Source: Octopus bimaculoides
Lineage: Eukaryota
Assembly: GCF_001194135.2 (NCBI RefSeq)
Contig: NC_068989.1
Span: 31,815,521-31,860,641 of the forward strand
Direction of reading: 5' to 3'
DNA length: 45,121 nucleotides
Every line of letters begins with the position of its first letter. Position 1 is the stretch's first letter. Under the pieces are notes generated by a model that was given only the letters and a program-made list of their open reading frames with translations, had not been told where the DNA came from and did no database searches. A program made the position numbers and the translations under genes. This document shows, piece after piece, positions 9,468-22,537 of this stretch.

Positions 9468-12015
9468 ATGCAAAGACAAATTTAACTTTTCATCTTGCAG
9501 AGATGGAAAAACTCACAGGAAAAAAAAATGTTAAATGGCTACATATTATCAATTGCCTCTACTCCAAGGAGAACATGGAACATTACAACATTGGATATTC
9601 TACAAAAAATACCCCAGCACATTCCAATGAAGCCAATACGAAAATGCTGCTGGAGAACCTTATTAGGTACATGAGGTGGGAGGCATTTTTCTCCGATCAA
9701 AACATGCCATCTTCTGAGGCCAACACATATGGTATCAAGTCTAGGAGATTCCCACCTAGAATCAAAGAACTCGAAGCCTTTGAAATGAACCTACTGGGCA
9801 TAATATCCAAGCTGAAATTCTGTAAGTCCTCTTCCCCCTTTCAAAGCAAACTCCGTGAAGATATACAAAAAATAAGAAACTCCAACAGGTCCTTAATCTT
9901 CTTGGATAAGATTAAACTTATAGACACATACATTTAGATAGACACATACATTTATAATAGACTTTTAAAGGATTGTATTACACAAAGATACAGATGTGCT
10001 TATCCACACACTTATAATAACATTAACTGTAAAGCTAAACAGATAGTGATTAGCCTAAGTATAGCAGACAGAGTAAAGATCTTGGCCAAGAGAAATGTCT
10101 TTATCATTTTAAAAGACAAGCCGAACTTTACCTCTAACCCCAAATGCCACCTGATCAAGCTGGCTAAGTCCAAGATTGGCCAAGTAAGTAAGTATATACT
10201 GAGGAAGATTAATGACAACATAAGAAGAGCCACTGGCCTCCTTCTATGTGCAACACCAACGAGGTGACCTCATGGTTTAATGCTAACCCGGGGGAGGGGC
10301 AGGGCTACGTTTACACAGTTTGACATTGTTGACTTTTATCCATCGATTTCAAAAGGGTTGCTGATGAAGGCTAAGGACTTCACAGATATTAGTTATAGTG
10401 ACATTAACGTTATCATGCATGCCAGGAAGATGGTGCTGTTCAACAAAGATTCAATGAGGGTCAAGCAATCTGACCCCAAGAGTTCCTTCAATATGACTAT
10501 GGGAGCCTATGACGGTGCCAATATCAGCGATCTTATCAGACTATACATCCTGGACACCTTAGGGAAGAGATTCCCTTCAGTCTCTACAGAGATGATGCCC
10601 TAGCCATCTCTAGAGGAGCCAATGGGCGCATACTAGATAGACTTGGAAAGGACCTGATTAGCACCCTAGGCTCCATGGGACTCAAGATCACCATTGAGAT
10701 TAAACTCACCACAGTAGACTTCCTAGATGTTACTTTAGATCTGGGCCCTGGTACACACATGCCCTATCACAAGCCTAATGAGAGACTGTTCTATATTAAC
10801 ACAGCCTCCTGTTACCCCACTATCATGTTCAAGAATATAGTGGAAGGTGTCAGCAAGAGGATCTTGAATCTATCCTCTAGCCAAGATATCTTCAACACTG
10901 CTGCCCCCTACTACAATGAGGCACTGGTATCTAGTGGGTTTAAGGACTGCATCTCCTACATGCCAGGCCCTAGCACCCAGAAAAAGAGGTGCCACCAAAG
11001 TATCATTTGGTTTGCCCAACACTTCTCACCCAATGTCAAGGCGTGTGTGGGAACGACATTCCTCAGATTAATAGACAAGCACTTCACACAGATACAGGCA
11101 TTTATTTAACAGGCACAACCTAATGGTCTCTTTTAGTTGTGCACCCAACATAAAAAATATTTAAATAACATCCACAAACCAAGGGAGGAGGTGGGTTGCT
11201 CTTGCAGAGTGTACAATAACAGTCCAGTAGGGGGCTGATGTGAGGCCAAAGGAGTTATCTATGAAACACCGGTAACACCTAGACCTGACAGCCACATTAC
11301 CAGCAATGTACCATCCAACTACAATGATGACACTGGAGGCAATGACAATAGCAGAACCACCAGTTGTAATGCCATCGATCCCAATCAGCCACAGAACAAC
11401 CATGGCAATGACAGACATACCAGCACCACCATGCCAATGCACCATATTGACAATATCTCTAGTCCTGGAGGTTACCAGAGTTACACTAGGAATGCATATA
11501 TTGCCAGCACCCAAGCCTGTAATTATATCATATTGGTCAGCACAGCTTTCAAGTGATGCTTCTGCAACCACCAGTCATCCTTCAGAGTCCCAGAAGGATG
11601 TTTTGTTACATCCCTGGCCAGCCATGTGTGGCACCACAAAGATCAAGGACCCCATATGATATCAGGTGGAAGATCATAGAACATCCAGGCCCATATATTA
11701 ATGTGAGCAGACGCTGCAAAATTTGCTTAGCAGAACAAACCAAAATTCTTAAAAACTATGCTAAACCTAGTGCATTAAATAATCATAAATAATTTTTCTC
11801 AAAATGTGTTCATTTCAAGCACTATGTACTGGAAAATTGGGTCTTCCAGTTTGTTGTTTAAGCTAATAAGAGAACTTAATGAAATAGATCTTAGCTTCCA
11901 TTTTTACTCTAGTCAAGGGGGAGATAACCCGTACTCAATAACTTTTTTCTTCTGTTAGCCATTTTTTTGTCCTAGCATTTTTCTACAAGGTGAAAAGTTA
12001 AATTTGTCTTTTTAT

Positions 12016-12077
12016 AGAGTTTGATGGGCTGTCCACAAGGCTGTTGCTTTCATGGATATGAAACCATTGGTCACTCT
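12016..12077 (+). ncRNA. Hammerhead motif in the 3' repeat of element C, core decayed
   Basis: agagt-TTGATGG-gctgtcca...catggatat-GAAAC-cattg-GTC-actct; perfect stem I agagt/actct. Confidence 0.6.
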
Positions 12078-12500
12078 ATGACCAGACTTTAATTTATATT
12101 TTAATACTTACTGCTCTATTCTTCAGAGTGTGCTTCTTTTTCTGATATGTTTTATTGATAATATAGACATATATTTCAAAAATTTAACAAGACACAACAA
12201 ATGGATATATTACAGAAACATAACAAACAGGAAATTTGTAGCTTATTCCTCATCAGTCAACATCCAAAAGATCATTACAATTTCGTGCCTTTAACATTAA
12301 TATTGTTCACTTTTGGTGGCACCAGTAGCGAAAAGCCACTGGGAATAGCTAACAAATGTACAGGACATTGACGAAAACAAACACAACAAAATAAAACATA
12401 CATATACAACTAAAACAGGTGTGTGGCTGCAAGAAAGTTTGACATGGGAAACTTTGTAGGTGCAATCCCATGGTCATTCATGACTGAAAGGGGTCTTTAC

Positions 12501-12534
<34 letters not shown>

Positions 12535-12537
<3 letters not shown>

Positions 12538-12690
12538 TGGGGGCTTCTTTCAGTTTCCATCTACCAAATTCACTCAATATTTTGGTCAGCTAAGCACTAT
12601 AGTAGAAAACACTTGCCCAAGGTGCAGCACAGTGTGACTGAACCCAAGGTCACATGGTTGGCAAGCAAACTTTTTAACCACACTGCCATG
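12535..12690 (-). mobile_element. Long SINE, 5' half
   Basis: Reverse complement of the head at 1183 and 36236 (gggcttctttcagtttccatctaccaaattcactc...ttttaaccacactgccatg). Confidence 0.75.
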
Positions 12691-13559
12691 TCTGTGTCTA
12701 TTAGTAAAATTAGTTGAAATTTAATTAAAATATTTTTTTGTGAGAAAGGAAGAGTTATTCTAACATACACAGTGCATGGATTGGTGTTAATCATGGGTGA
12801 AATGTGTAAGATTTGTGCAAGTTGTTCTCTAGCTCAAAAACGAGCATGATCATGTCATCAAAACAGATATGCACTCATGAGGGCAGCATCTGAAAATTTC
12901 ACCTTTCAAGTTCAGGAAGCCACCCAGATCATGTGACTTTTTTAGAATGATTTCCTCTTCCAACATACAGTCTGCATCTCCCATTTCCATTAAAATATGA
13001 CCTAGATTGTTTCAGCAACTTCCACTTGACATTAAACAGCATTCTATCTTCTTTTAATCACCATCACCAAATATAATGATTATATATGGCAAGTAAATGT
13101 TCAGGCTGAATAATCACAGATCCTTTTTTAGGATCCAGGAAAAGCATAATGCCACAACTTAAGCCAGCTATATGAGTAATGCATTCCTGAAAATCTTGCC
13201 ATATATGAAATCCCATAATATGAAATTAATTTTCCCATTCATTTTTATAAAAGGAGATGTATTTTGACAGATGTTTTCAAGCAAAAACAACAAAAAAACA
13301 AGCAACATCACTTTTATGCATGCAAATAGCAATTTCTGACATACACAGTACAATATGTATACATAAAATCATTTGAAGAGAAATATGTTGGGGAATAAAT
13401 AAGAATCATAATATCATCATTAGGTACAGTCTTACCACACAAGATGTGTGAAGATGGTGGTGAAATGAGAGTTACTTGGAGGATGAGGGGGACACTGTTT
13501 TCTACCTTATAGTTCATCATCAACATCTGTTTATAGGTGAAGAACTTATCCAAAGTTGT

Positions 13560-15330
13560 TTTTTGTGTTTATGGCACAGTCTCACTTTGTACAGCTCAGT
13601 ATAAGAACTGAGCCCTTTGTAACTTCATCTTGTAATTCCTTTGTTAGGTTCATGATTAGCAGTATTTTCAGTAAAACTTTGCAGACTTCCATTTATAATA
13701 TTCTTTGAATCCATTTAAATGAAGTTGGTGAAATTTCCACATTCTCATCTATATTCTCAGCTTGCTTTTGTTGTAACTGCATCAGCTCCTTGTTAGATAA
13801 ACATTCTCTATGAGTCACTAGTGACTCAACCACATCATTCTCTATGACTTCAAATTCTGCATCATATGCAAATGTCACTATATTTTTCTATTTCTTTTGT
13901 AGAATTTCTGCTTTTGGAAAATTTGTGAAGTCACAGATATAGTCTAACCATGTAATCTTCTAAGCACTGTTCTAATTTGAGGGTTTTACTTCATTTCATG
14001 ACTCAGCTATGTTATCCACAACATCCTTTATGTTGAACTTCTTCCAGAAGTTTGTAACAGTTGGTTTGTTCCCACCCCTCGTCAATTGATTTCTTAAGTT
14101 GTATGGAAGTTATTCTCAGATAATGTCCCTTGCAGCCAGTTAGCACACCTTGATCCATTGGCTGGAGCAAAAAAGTTGTAATATTTGGGATATATTCTAC
14201 TCTCACATTATCAGGAAGCTCATTTAAATTCACTGGATAGCTTGGTGCATTGTCTTAAAGGAGCTATACTTTGTTGGAAATATGTCTGGCACTGTGCCTT
14301 TTTACAACAGGATGGAAAATGTTCTTGGAAAAAGCTCTTAGTTATTCATGCCTTCTTATCTGAATGCCCGATGAGAGGTGGATTAAACTTGCATCACTCC
14401 TGGATTTTCAGAGTGATACACACGAGAAGAAGATTCAATTTCATACCACTATTGGTATTTCCTCTCAGAAGAAACTTCAGAGTATCTTTTGGAAGCTTTA
14501 AATCCTAATTTTGATTTTTCTTCTCAAGAAAAAAGTACATGAGCTTCCAGAAGAGTACAGTTTTATTAGCATTGCTTTCATGTGTAGCCTCCTTCACCAA
14601 TCATTTATTTTTTCAGCTGCTCAAGACAATAAGTAGCATCTCTGTATCAGCACTGACAGCTTCACCAAGCATTTTTAAATTTTGCAAATTCAACCACTTC
14701 TTAAACCTTTCAAACCAGCCTTTACTATCAGAAAAACTTTTCCTTTAAAATTGTCACCTGCCTTTATCTGCAAATCATCATACAAACTTTTGGCTTCTCT
14801 TTTTTTTATAATTCATATCATGCTTATTCATACATTATATTGAGTGATCCTTGATCCATACACACAAAGGCCATTTTATTTTGAATATCACATTAGATCT
14901 GTGGAAAAATAAGGTCTGAACAATTAACAGAGTGATTTCTTGAGCACTTGATTTAATTTTCTCTCTATTGTCACATATTGTTCCCACAGTAGATGTTGCA
15001 AGCTTTGATGTTTTGGTAATATGGATGATTTTACTTCTCTCACATCATGCCTTTAATCCTTTAAAGTTCTTTTTTACATTACTGCCTTCAGGTCTACTTG
15101 ATAGGTTTTTCCAGACATCTTGAATTACAGGTGAAAAAGCAAAATGGCACCAAGAAAGAACTGTTTTGTGACAGCAAAATGCTACTGTCATAATTTTATG
15201 GCTGTCAGAATGGAAATGAAAAGATAAAAGAACGAAGGAGTGGAGTGCAAGGAAGTGGTGTTTGGTTACACTTAGTCGAAGAGTTACCAGGTTCAGGGGT
15301 ACTTTACACTTTTTGCTGCTGACTGAAGCC
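13560..15330 (-). mobile_element. Tigger/pogo (CENP-B-like) DNA transposon relic
   Basis: HTH KLATSTVGTICDNREKIK; KAKSLYDDL...FSDSKGWFERFK...GEAVSADTE-like segment; DDE_1 motif PNITTFLLQPMDQGVL; broken by stops; boundaries approximate, TIRs not identified. Confidence 0.85.
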
Positions 15331-16059
15331 ATGTAAACTTCCCACTTTACTCACACACACATGCATACGCGCACACACACACCATTGTGCTGGCATATAG
15401 CATATGTAGCTGTAGATATTGCTACCATGCTGAAACTATTATTGTTCCCACTTGGTTATTCAAAAGTTGGTAGTAGCACTGGTGTTGAGTTAGAAGTGGT
15501 TATCCTGTTCTCATTAACAGTATTGTTGTTACTGTTTAGTCTCAAGTCATTCCTCTTTGAACTAAGGTCAAATACATTTTATTCAACTTTTAAAATGCAT
15601 TAAGGTACCACTTTATCTCGTGTCATTTTTTATTTTAGATGAAGTTGTTTAACTTGTTCATGTTATTATTGCTATTGTTATTGTCCATTAAGAAATTGGT
15701 TGATTGATAAGGTGGTGATTGTGTTGATGGTGAAGGTTGATATATGTTTAGCTATATCATACCTTGTTACTGTGTGGACTGGGTTACCTGTTGATGGGCC
15801 TCTGATATTAAATAATCTGTTAAATAAACTGTTACACAAATTTAGTAGATACAGTTCTCTGAAGCTACTAGATTTGATATGTATATAAATGAATTGGCTA
15901 CTTGTTTTGCTGAAATTGGTCAAGTGATGTCAGCATCTAAAAAGATGCCAATAAGGGTTAAAAGTCAAATAATGTTGCTCATTCTTTTTTCAACCTACAG
16001 AGAAATAGGTAAATTTGATGTTTGTATGTCTACTACATAGGTCTACATATATATATTAT

Positions 16060-16740
16060 CTTCATCATCTAAAGTCCTCCTTCCATACTAACATGGGTTG
16101 GACAGCTTGATAGGAGCTAAACAGGTAGGAACCTGTACCATCCTTCTGTGTCTGTTTTGGCATGGTTTTTACAGCTGGATGCAACTGGATGCCATTCTAA
16201 CCATGTGTGGACAAGGCAATTTTTAAGTGGTACCTGTACTGGCAGGGTCACCAAATAACTTTGTAAAGCAAGTAATCTTTGAGAGAGGAGGGGGTGATCT
16301 TGTATCAGATGATGAAAAGTTAGAGTGTGACAGAAACAGATATCTTGCTGTAAAGAAGGTACATGATTACCCAGCCAGAGAGAGGGAGAGAAAGAGAGCA
16401 AGAGTTAACAAGAATGAGGACAGAAAGAGGTGTGCTCCTGAAGAGGAGGGACATGGTTACCTAGAGGGAGGGTGAGTTAACAAGAAATAGGTGTGCTGCT
16501 GTAAAGGAGATACATGGTTACCTAGCCGGAGGTAAGAGCAAGAGGAGAGAGAGAGTGATTAAGAATGAGGGCAGATACATGTTTGTTGCTGTAGAGGAGA
16601 TACATGATTACTCAGCCAGAAGAAAAAGCAAACAAAGAGAGACAAAAGGAGGGGAGGGAAGGTGGCCACAAGCAACAGGGATCACGGCATTGATGGGATG
16701 GTAGAGTAAGGAAGAGAAAGATAAATGGTGTATATATATA
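16060..16740 (-). mobile_element. Decayed RTE-related 3' fragment with four internal ~70-90 bp sub-repeats
   Basis: catcatctaaagtcctccttccatactaacatgggttggacag resembles the RTE tail; gctgtaaagaaggtacatgattacccagcc-like units at ~16347, 16436, 16498 and 16588; related to 129-870. Confidence 0.55.
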
Positions 16741-16761
16741 TATACCGGAGTAAGCACACAC

Positions 16762-17610
16762 ACATGGTCTGATCAATAAGTATCCGGACTGTTGCTGCAT
16801 GGAGAGTGAAGCCACTTGGCACAGGTTGACCTTGAACTCTGCTGTGCATGTGCACTAAGTTTTAACATCTAGCTCACTTCCACTGTTTACACCAGTGTTT
16901 GGAAGGTGTGACCATGACAGAGAAAGTTCAGCAGAGAATCTACATCAAATTTTGCCAAAAGCTTGGCAGTACCTGTTCACAGGCCTACACAAAGTTTTCA
17001 AACAGTCTTCATCATTCTCAACACAATCAAAGAGATCTTGTGCAACTGATACCCAAGTGTCTTTTTGGTCAGCTAAAAGCAATTTTGGCACAAACTTAGC
17101 AGACACACGTCTCATACCCAAATCTTCAGTGATAATGGACTGAATTGAACCATAACTAATCTGCACATCCTCTGATAACTTACGGATGGTGATTCGATGA
17201 TTTCCCCACACAGCTGCATGCACATCTGTGATGTTTTTCTCAGTTCTGCTTGTTGCAGGCCTCCCAGAACATTCATCAATATCAACATTTTTCAGCCATC
17301 TTGGAAATGTCTGAACCACTCATACACTTGTGTGCAGCTCATACACCCCTCTCCATACACTTTCTGCAACTTTGTGTAGACCTCTGAGCCTGTATCACCA
17401 TGACAACTTTTTCTGTCATGGTCAATGTGACAGTCACATGCTACACACCTTCCTTCCGAGCACTGCTGTAAACAGTGGAAATGAGCTAGAATGTTAAAAC
17501 TTATTCCGCATGAACAGTAGAGTTCATGGTCAACCTGTGCCAAGCTGCTTCACTCTGTGTGCCTTAGCGTCATTACTATGGCCAATCAGGATATTTATTG
17601 ATCAGACCTC

Positions 17611-17613
<3 letters not shown>
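16762..17613. mobile_element. Non-autonomous mariner derivative built from two opposed 5' ends
   Basis: TIRs ggtctgatcaataagtatcc (16766-16785) and ggatatttattgatcagacc (17589-17608); + arm MTEKVQQRIYIKFCQKLG; - arm VYEWFRHF...DECSGRPATS...RRVSAKFVPKLL; no DDD domain. Confidence 0.85.
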
Positions 17614-17652
<39 letters not shown>

Positions 17653-17699
17653 TTCACACATGGCAGTGTATGGATAATATTCTTAAGGTTAACTTGTAC

Positions 17700-18580
17700 T
17701 CACTTGCAACCAATTTGATGCTTTACCACTAATTCAGTTTTAGTTCAATCTCAGTTCAGTCTTTGCATTATGTTGAACCAGTGATAAGTTACATTTTGAC
17801 ATAAAATAATCAAAATTTGATTCAGTAGGAAAAAATTCATGATAAAAAATGTAGGGCCAAAAATGGGAGAGTATTGCCTAATATTTACTTTGACTCATTT
17901 CTCAGTTATTTGAATGGTAAATTATACTTTAATTATATCTTATTAAAAGAACTCAATGAGTAGAATGTTTTGGTGAAAACCTCTTTAAAAGATATTAGAT
18001 AGAAAAAAATGTTATGCAGTTTTAAGTAGCCAAAAACTTGCTAAGTAATGCCTAAAATTGACTTTGTGTCAAAATATCTCAGGTATTTCAAAAGCAAACT
18101 ATACATTAATTGCAGCTTCTTAAAAGAACTCGATGAGTAGAATCTTTTAGTGAAAACTCTGTTAAAAGATATTAGATAAAGAAAAAGTTATGTAGCTTTA
18201 AATGGTGAAAAATAGTGATAATTTGCTGTTTCCAACTTTTACTCACCTACAGCCAGTTTAACACTTTACCACTAATTCAGTTTTAGCTCAATCTTAATTT
18301 GGTTTTTTGCACTATGGTGGAATAGTGGTAAGCTACATTTTGACATAAAATAATTGAAATTTGGTTCAGTAGAAAAAAGTTATGATTTAAAATGTAGGGC
18401 CAAAAATGGGAAAGTAATGCCTAATATTTATTTTGACTTGTAATTTCTTAGTTATTTAAAAGACAAACTATTCTTCAATTATGACTATTCAAAATAACTC
18501 AATGAGTAGAATCTTTTGGTGAAGACCTCGTTAAAATATATTAGATAGAAAAAAAGTCATGCAGCTTTAAGTAGACAAAC
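17700..18580. repeat. Diverged nested tandem duplication (two ~320-bp blocks plus a third ~170-bp sub-unit), unclassified
   Basis: ctttaccactaattcagttttag at ~17721 and ~18264; aaagaactc(a/g)atgagtagaat(g/c)tttt at ~17945, ~18122 and ~18495. Confidence 0.8.
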
Positions 18581-18619
18581 AATTGGTGCAAAAAAGTGCA
18601 AGGCTACTCTAGTACAGTC

Positions 18620-19700
18620 CTCATTAAGAAGTAGCCACAAGAATTTGATGGCAAAGTGTCATGGGAGGCCTACTATATCCAGTTTGAGCTATTCACAGAC
18701 CAGAATGGATGGGATGATAGCCAAAGAGCAGTTCAGCTTGCTAAAGGGCACTGCACTAGAGGTACTGAGCCAGTTGTCTGTGGAGGACAGAAGCTGTTAT
18801 TCTTCAGTAGTTAAGTGGTAGAGAGAAGATATGGGACTATGTGCCTGAGTGAAGTGTACAGGGTATGATTTCAGACCCACATAAGGGCTAGAGGAGAATC
18901 ACTATAAAAGCTTGCCCAGGAACTTTTGGCTCTTCTTCTGAAAGAGCAGTTTATTGACACTTTGGGCAATGCAGAGCTCAAAGTTCAAATGAAACAAGCA
19001 CAGTCAAATACTATGCAAGAGGCATTGGCTAGAGCTCTGGAATTTGAGTTGTATGTAAGGTCTAGCACAGGAAGATTCCAGGTGGACTACAGTTCTAGAT
19101 TCAAAGCAAGGAAGTGGCTAGTACATGAAGCTGGAAGATTTAATGAAAGTTGTTGGTACTGCAAGAAGATTGGACATAAAAGAGAAAGCTGTTTGAAGAA
19201 GAAAGAACAAGAGATGACTGGAATAAATTGTTGGCACTGTGGGAAGCCAGGACACAAGATGCAAGATTGTTACAGCCTGAAGATAGAGCAAAGGCAGGAT
19301 GGTAGTAAAAAGTTCAAACTTAGGAGAGAGTGTGGGATATGTGGTGAAAATGGAGATCTCAGTTTTGATTACTCTACGTGAAAGAAGAATAGTAAGAAGG
19401 TAACAAAAGACAAAGGAGAGTCAGAAAACTAGAAGGGGCACCATCAGCTGAATGTTCCAAAGAAGCCCTAACCCTGAGAAGATGTAAAAGGACTGTAATT
19501 GGCAGCATACAAGTGAATGGGAGGATTGATATCCAGAAGTGTCACATTGTCATTGATCTGGCCTCAGAGCAGACCTTTGTGAGATCTAAGATGTTACAGC
19601 ATCAAGACCTACCAGAGTTATCACGACAGTTGTGCATTACCAGGCACTGTACTTGTTTGTGTAAAAACTGGCTTAATGGTTGTTGTTACCCAAACCATTC
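18620..19700 (+). mobile_element. Ty3/Gypsy gag-protease relic
   Basis: PQEFDGKVSWEAYYIQFE...NGWDD; zinc knuckles CWYCKKIGHKRESC and CWHCGKPGHKMQDC; degenerate protease GRIDIQKCHIVIDLASEQTFV; frameshifts; no LTR found. Confidence 0.8.
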
Positions 19701-19753
19701 CGTGAAAATTTGTTCTTTACCAGTTGCTGAACTTATTCATATAGGTACATGTA

Positions 19754-19897
19754 GTGTAGTTTTGTAAGCATTCACACTCATTGTGTAGTTTTGTAAGCAT
19801 CCACACACATTCTGTGTAGTTTTTTAAGCATTCACACTCATTGTGTAGTTTTGTAAGTATCCACACACATTCTGTGTAGTTTTTTAAGCATTCACAC
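19754..19897. repeat. Minisatellite of alternating 29- and 31-bp units (60-bp dimer)
   Basis: tgtgtagttttgtaagcatccacacacattc alternates with tgtgtagttttttaagcattcacactcat; positions 19801 and 19861 start identically. Confidence 0.9.
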
Positions 19898-20945
19898 AAA
19901 TGTTTTTGCGCGCGCGCGCGCACACACACACAGAGTCCAATTACATCATTTATAGCCCAGCTCAGTCTGTTTTCACTCACATTTCTTATAAGGAGAATTC
20001 CTCTTCCGAAGCAGTTTCTGTAACAAAGACCTTCCACATTTAAGTGTGCAGGAACATATTAAATATAAATGTACAGTTTTATTTTAATAATTGCTGTTCA
20101 GTATGCTTTTAATTAATAAATTCCAGCTTTACAAAGCTTTGCACATACCAGCAAATTTATTATTGGACACCAAGAATGGTATTTCTTAGTCTCCAGCTGT
20201 TTAGCATTGTTAGTGACACATAGCAACACCAAAAAATATGTCCTGCAGTCTGAAAATGTCATTTACAGGCCAGCTTGGTGTGTTTTTACTCACATTTTAC
20301 ATTTTCATAAATGAGATGCTTGTGAGATGTTGATATAGCAATTTGACTTTGACCACCAAAATTCTTTACATCTGATGGATCCTTCACCCTACTGAGAGCA
20401 ACATACAATTGACCATATGCAAACACATTAGTAGTATTGTAAAGAAGATAACGTATTAAAATTAAACAGAGGAAAATGAATATTTTTTCATAAGATTTCT
20501 TAAATGAATGTACAGAACAGAAATTAATAATTTTCTTTCCATTTTGTAATATTTCAAAGGTGGTAATTTAATGTCCTTAATGACTGTCTTGAGAAATATA
20601 TGTGTGTCTGTATTCTTACATGCATTCATACATACATACACACATATACATACATATACACACATGCATACATACATAGGAAGAGAACTAGAGATGTAAG
20701 AGAGCAAGTAAAAATAGTGATAGAATCATGTGAAATTGCTTGATTTTCATTTGTGACAAGGTATTCGATAATAGAATGAATTATAAAATGTCTGTAAAAA
20801 AATAAACATTCAACTATTGTATATACTCATAACAAAAGAATGACAAATATTTATACTGTTAAACAATGCTTAGCTCTTAGCTCATATATTTTTTTATTTT
20901 TAGAATTGTATTGTTTATTCATTCAAATAGAAAGGTGTGGCTCTG

Positions 20946-21164
20946 TAAACCTTTAGCATTTAATCCAGTCATATCTGGCCCAAATATTCCACCTATTTCA
21001 TGTTCAAACTGGTCAGATCTGACTGACTTCTTACACTTAGCCTACAAAATAACCAATCACATCATTGAAACCTTGAAACCACGAGATAATGCATGATTAA
21101 TTCTAAACAATGTTAATGAATAGGCATTACATTTAACGAAGTAATCCGAATGCTAAGGGGTTAA
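20946..21164. mobile_element. TTAA-flanked MITE (piggyBac-like ends)
   Basis: taaacctttagcattt at the left end and gaatgctaaggggttaa at the right end form imperfect TIRs with a TTAA-type site. Confidence 0.65.
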
Positions 21165-21316
21165 TGTATGCTGAGTTGAAATACTTCCTAAATAATCATA
21201 GGATTTCTAAAAGCCTTACAACCCTGTATATTCCCTTAGGAAACTTGCAGTACAAAAAGTATAATGGGCATATTTAGAACCATATAAAGTTAACTCATGA
21301 AAATAAAAAAAAAAAA

Positions 21317-21662
21317 TGTGGTTGCTTCCCAACCACATGGTTCCAGGTTCAGTCTCACTGTGTGACACATTGGGCAAGTGTCTTCTACTATAGCCTCAGG
21401 CCGACCAAAACTTTGTGAGTGTATTTGGCAGGTAGAAACTGAAAGAAGCCTGTCATATACATATGTGTGTGTGTTTGTTCCCCACCACTACTTGCCAACT
21501 GGTGTTAGTGTGTTTACGTCCCTGTAATTTAACAGTTCAGCAAAAGAGATCGATACAATAAGTACCAGGCTTTAAAAGCAAAAAGTACTGGGGTCGATTC
21601 ATTTGACTAAAAGTTATTCAAGGCAGTGCCCTAGCATGATCACAAGTAAAAAAAAATAAAAG
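21317..21662 (+). mobile_element. Long SINE, nearly complete
   Basis: Same head, middle and tail as the host SINE at 1183-1818. Confidence 0.8.
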
Positions 21663-22480
21663 ACTTCACAATGGGTAGTCCATACATATTACAGAATCAT
21701 TGCTGTTTGCTGTTACCAACAAGATGCATCTTTATCACAACATATATATGATACTGGTATTAGTGAGGTTACCAAGTAACTCACAAGACTAGACCCCTGG
21801 ACTGAGTGGAGGTGCAGTATTGAGGGAGATGGCTTTGTGCCAAGTGTCAAGTGGCTAAAGTATGATACAGGGATAAAAATGAATGTTTTACTGAAAATAC
21901 ATGGCCACTCCAGCAGGAAATGGAGAAAGAATGATGGTGATGAGGTACCAAGGCATACTAACAAGATAAAAGAATGAATGTTTTTATATAAGAACAGGTG
22001 GATATAAGGGAGAATAAGGGCAGTGGATTGAGAATGGGTGAATGGATAGGTTTGCAAGATTGTGAAAGGAGAATAACAGATGGTTAGAGATAGGATTAGA
22101 GGTGAATGAAGGACACAGCTGGAGCCATGATCAATGGTGAGGTAAAGGAAAATAGGAGTGGGTCAGGCAGGAGATGATAAAGAGCGTGTGGCAAACAACA
22201 GCATAGTAATAGGTATCTTTTATCTTTTACTTGGTTCAGTTAGTGGACTGCAGTCTTGCTGAAGCACCACCTTGAAGGGTTTTAGTCAAACAAATTGATT
22301 CTTGTGCTATTTTTTAAAGCCTAGCACTTAGTCTATCGATTTCCTATGCTAAACCACTAAGTTACAGGATATAAACACATCAACATCAATTGTCAGACAG
22401 TGGTGGAGGACAAACTTAAATACAAAGACACATACCTACACAGATATATGCACACACACACACACATATATGTATATGTA

Positions 22481-22537
<57 letters not shown>

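Larger units (their letters stand above)
9407..12094 (+). mobile_element. Penelope-like element C, near full length but broken: RT plus GIY-YIG, with 5' inverted terminal repeat
   Basis: YSTKNTP...RYMRWEAFF; FTQFDIVDFYPSI; MGAYDGANISDLIRLYIL; TVDFLDVTLDL; CSCRVY...GVIYETPVT; NHQSSF; RCKICLAEQ; 9407-9531 is the reverse complement of 11961-12094; many stops and frameshifts. Confidence 0.92.

Noticed and set aside
12225-12260. Minus-strand CTGATGA with ggaa/ttcc stem II
   Set aside because: No GAAA follows stem II and no stem III; at best a truncated hammerhead
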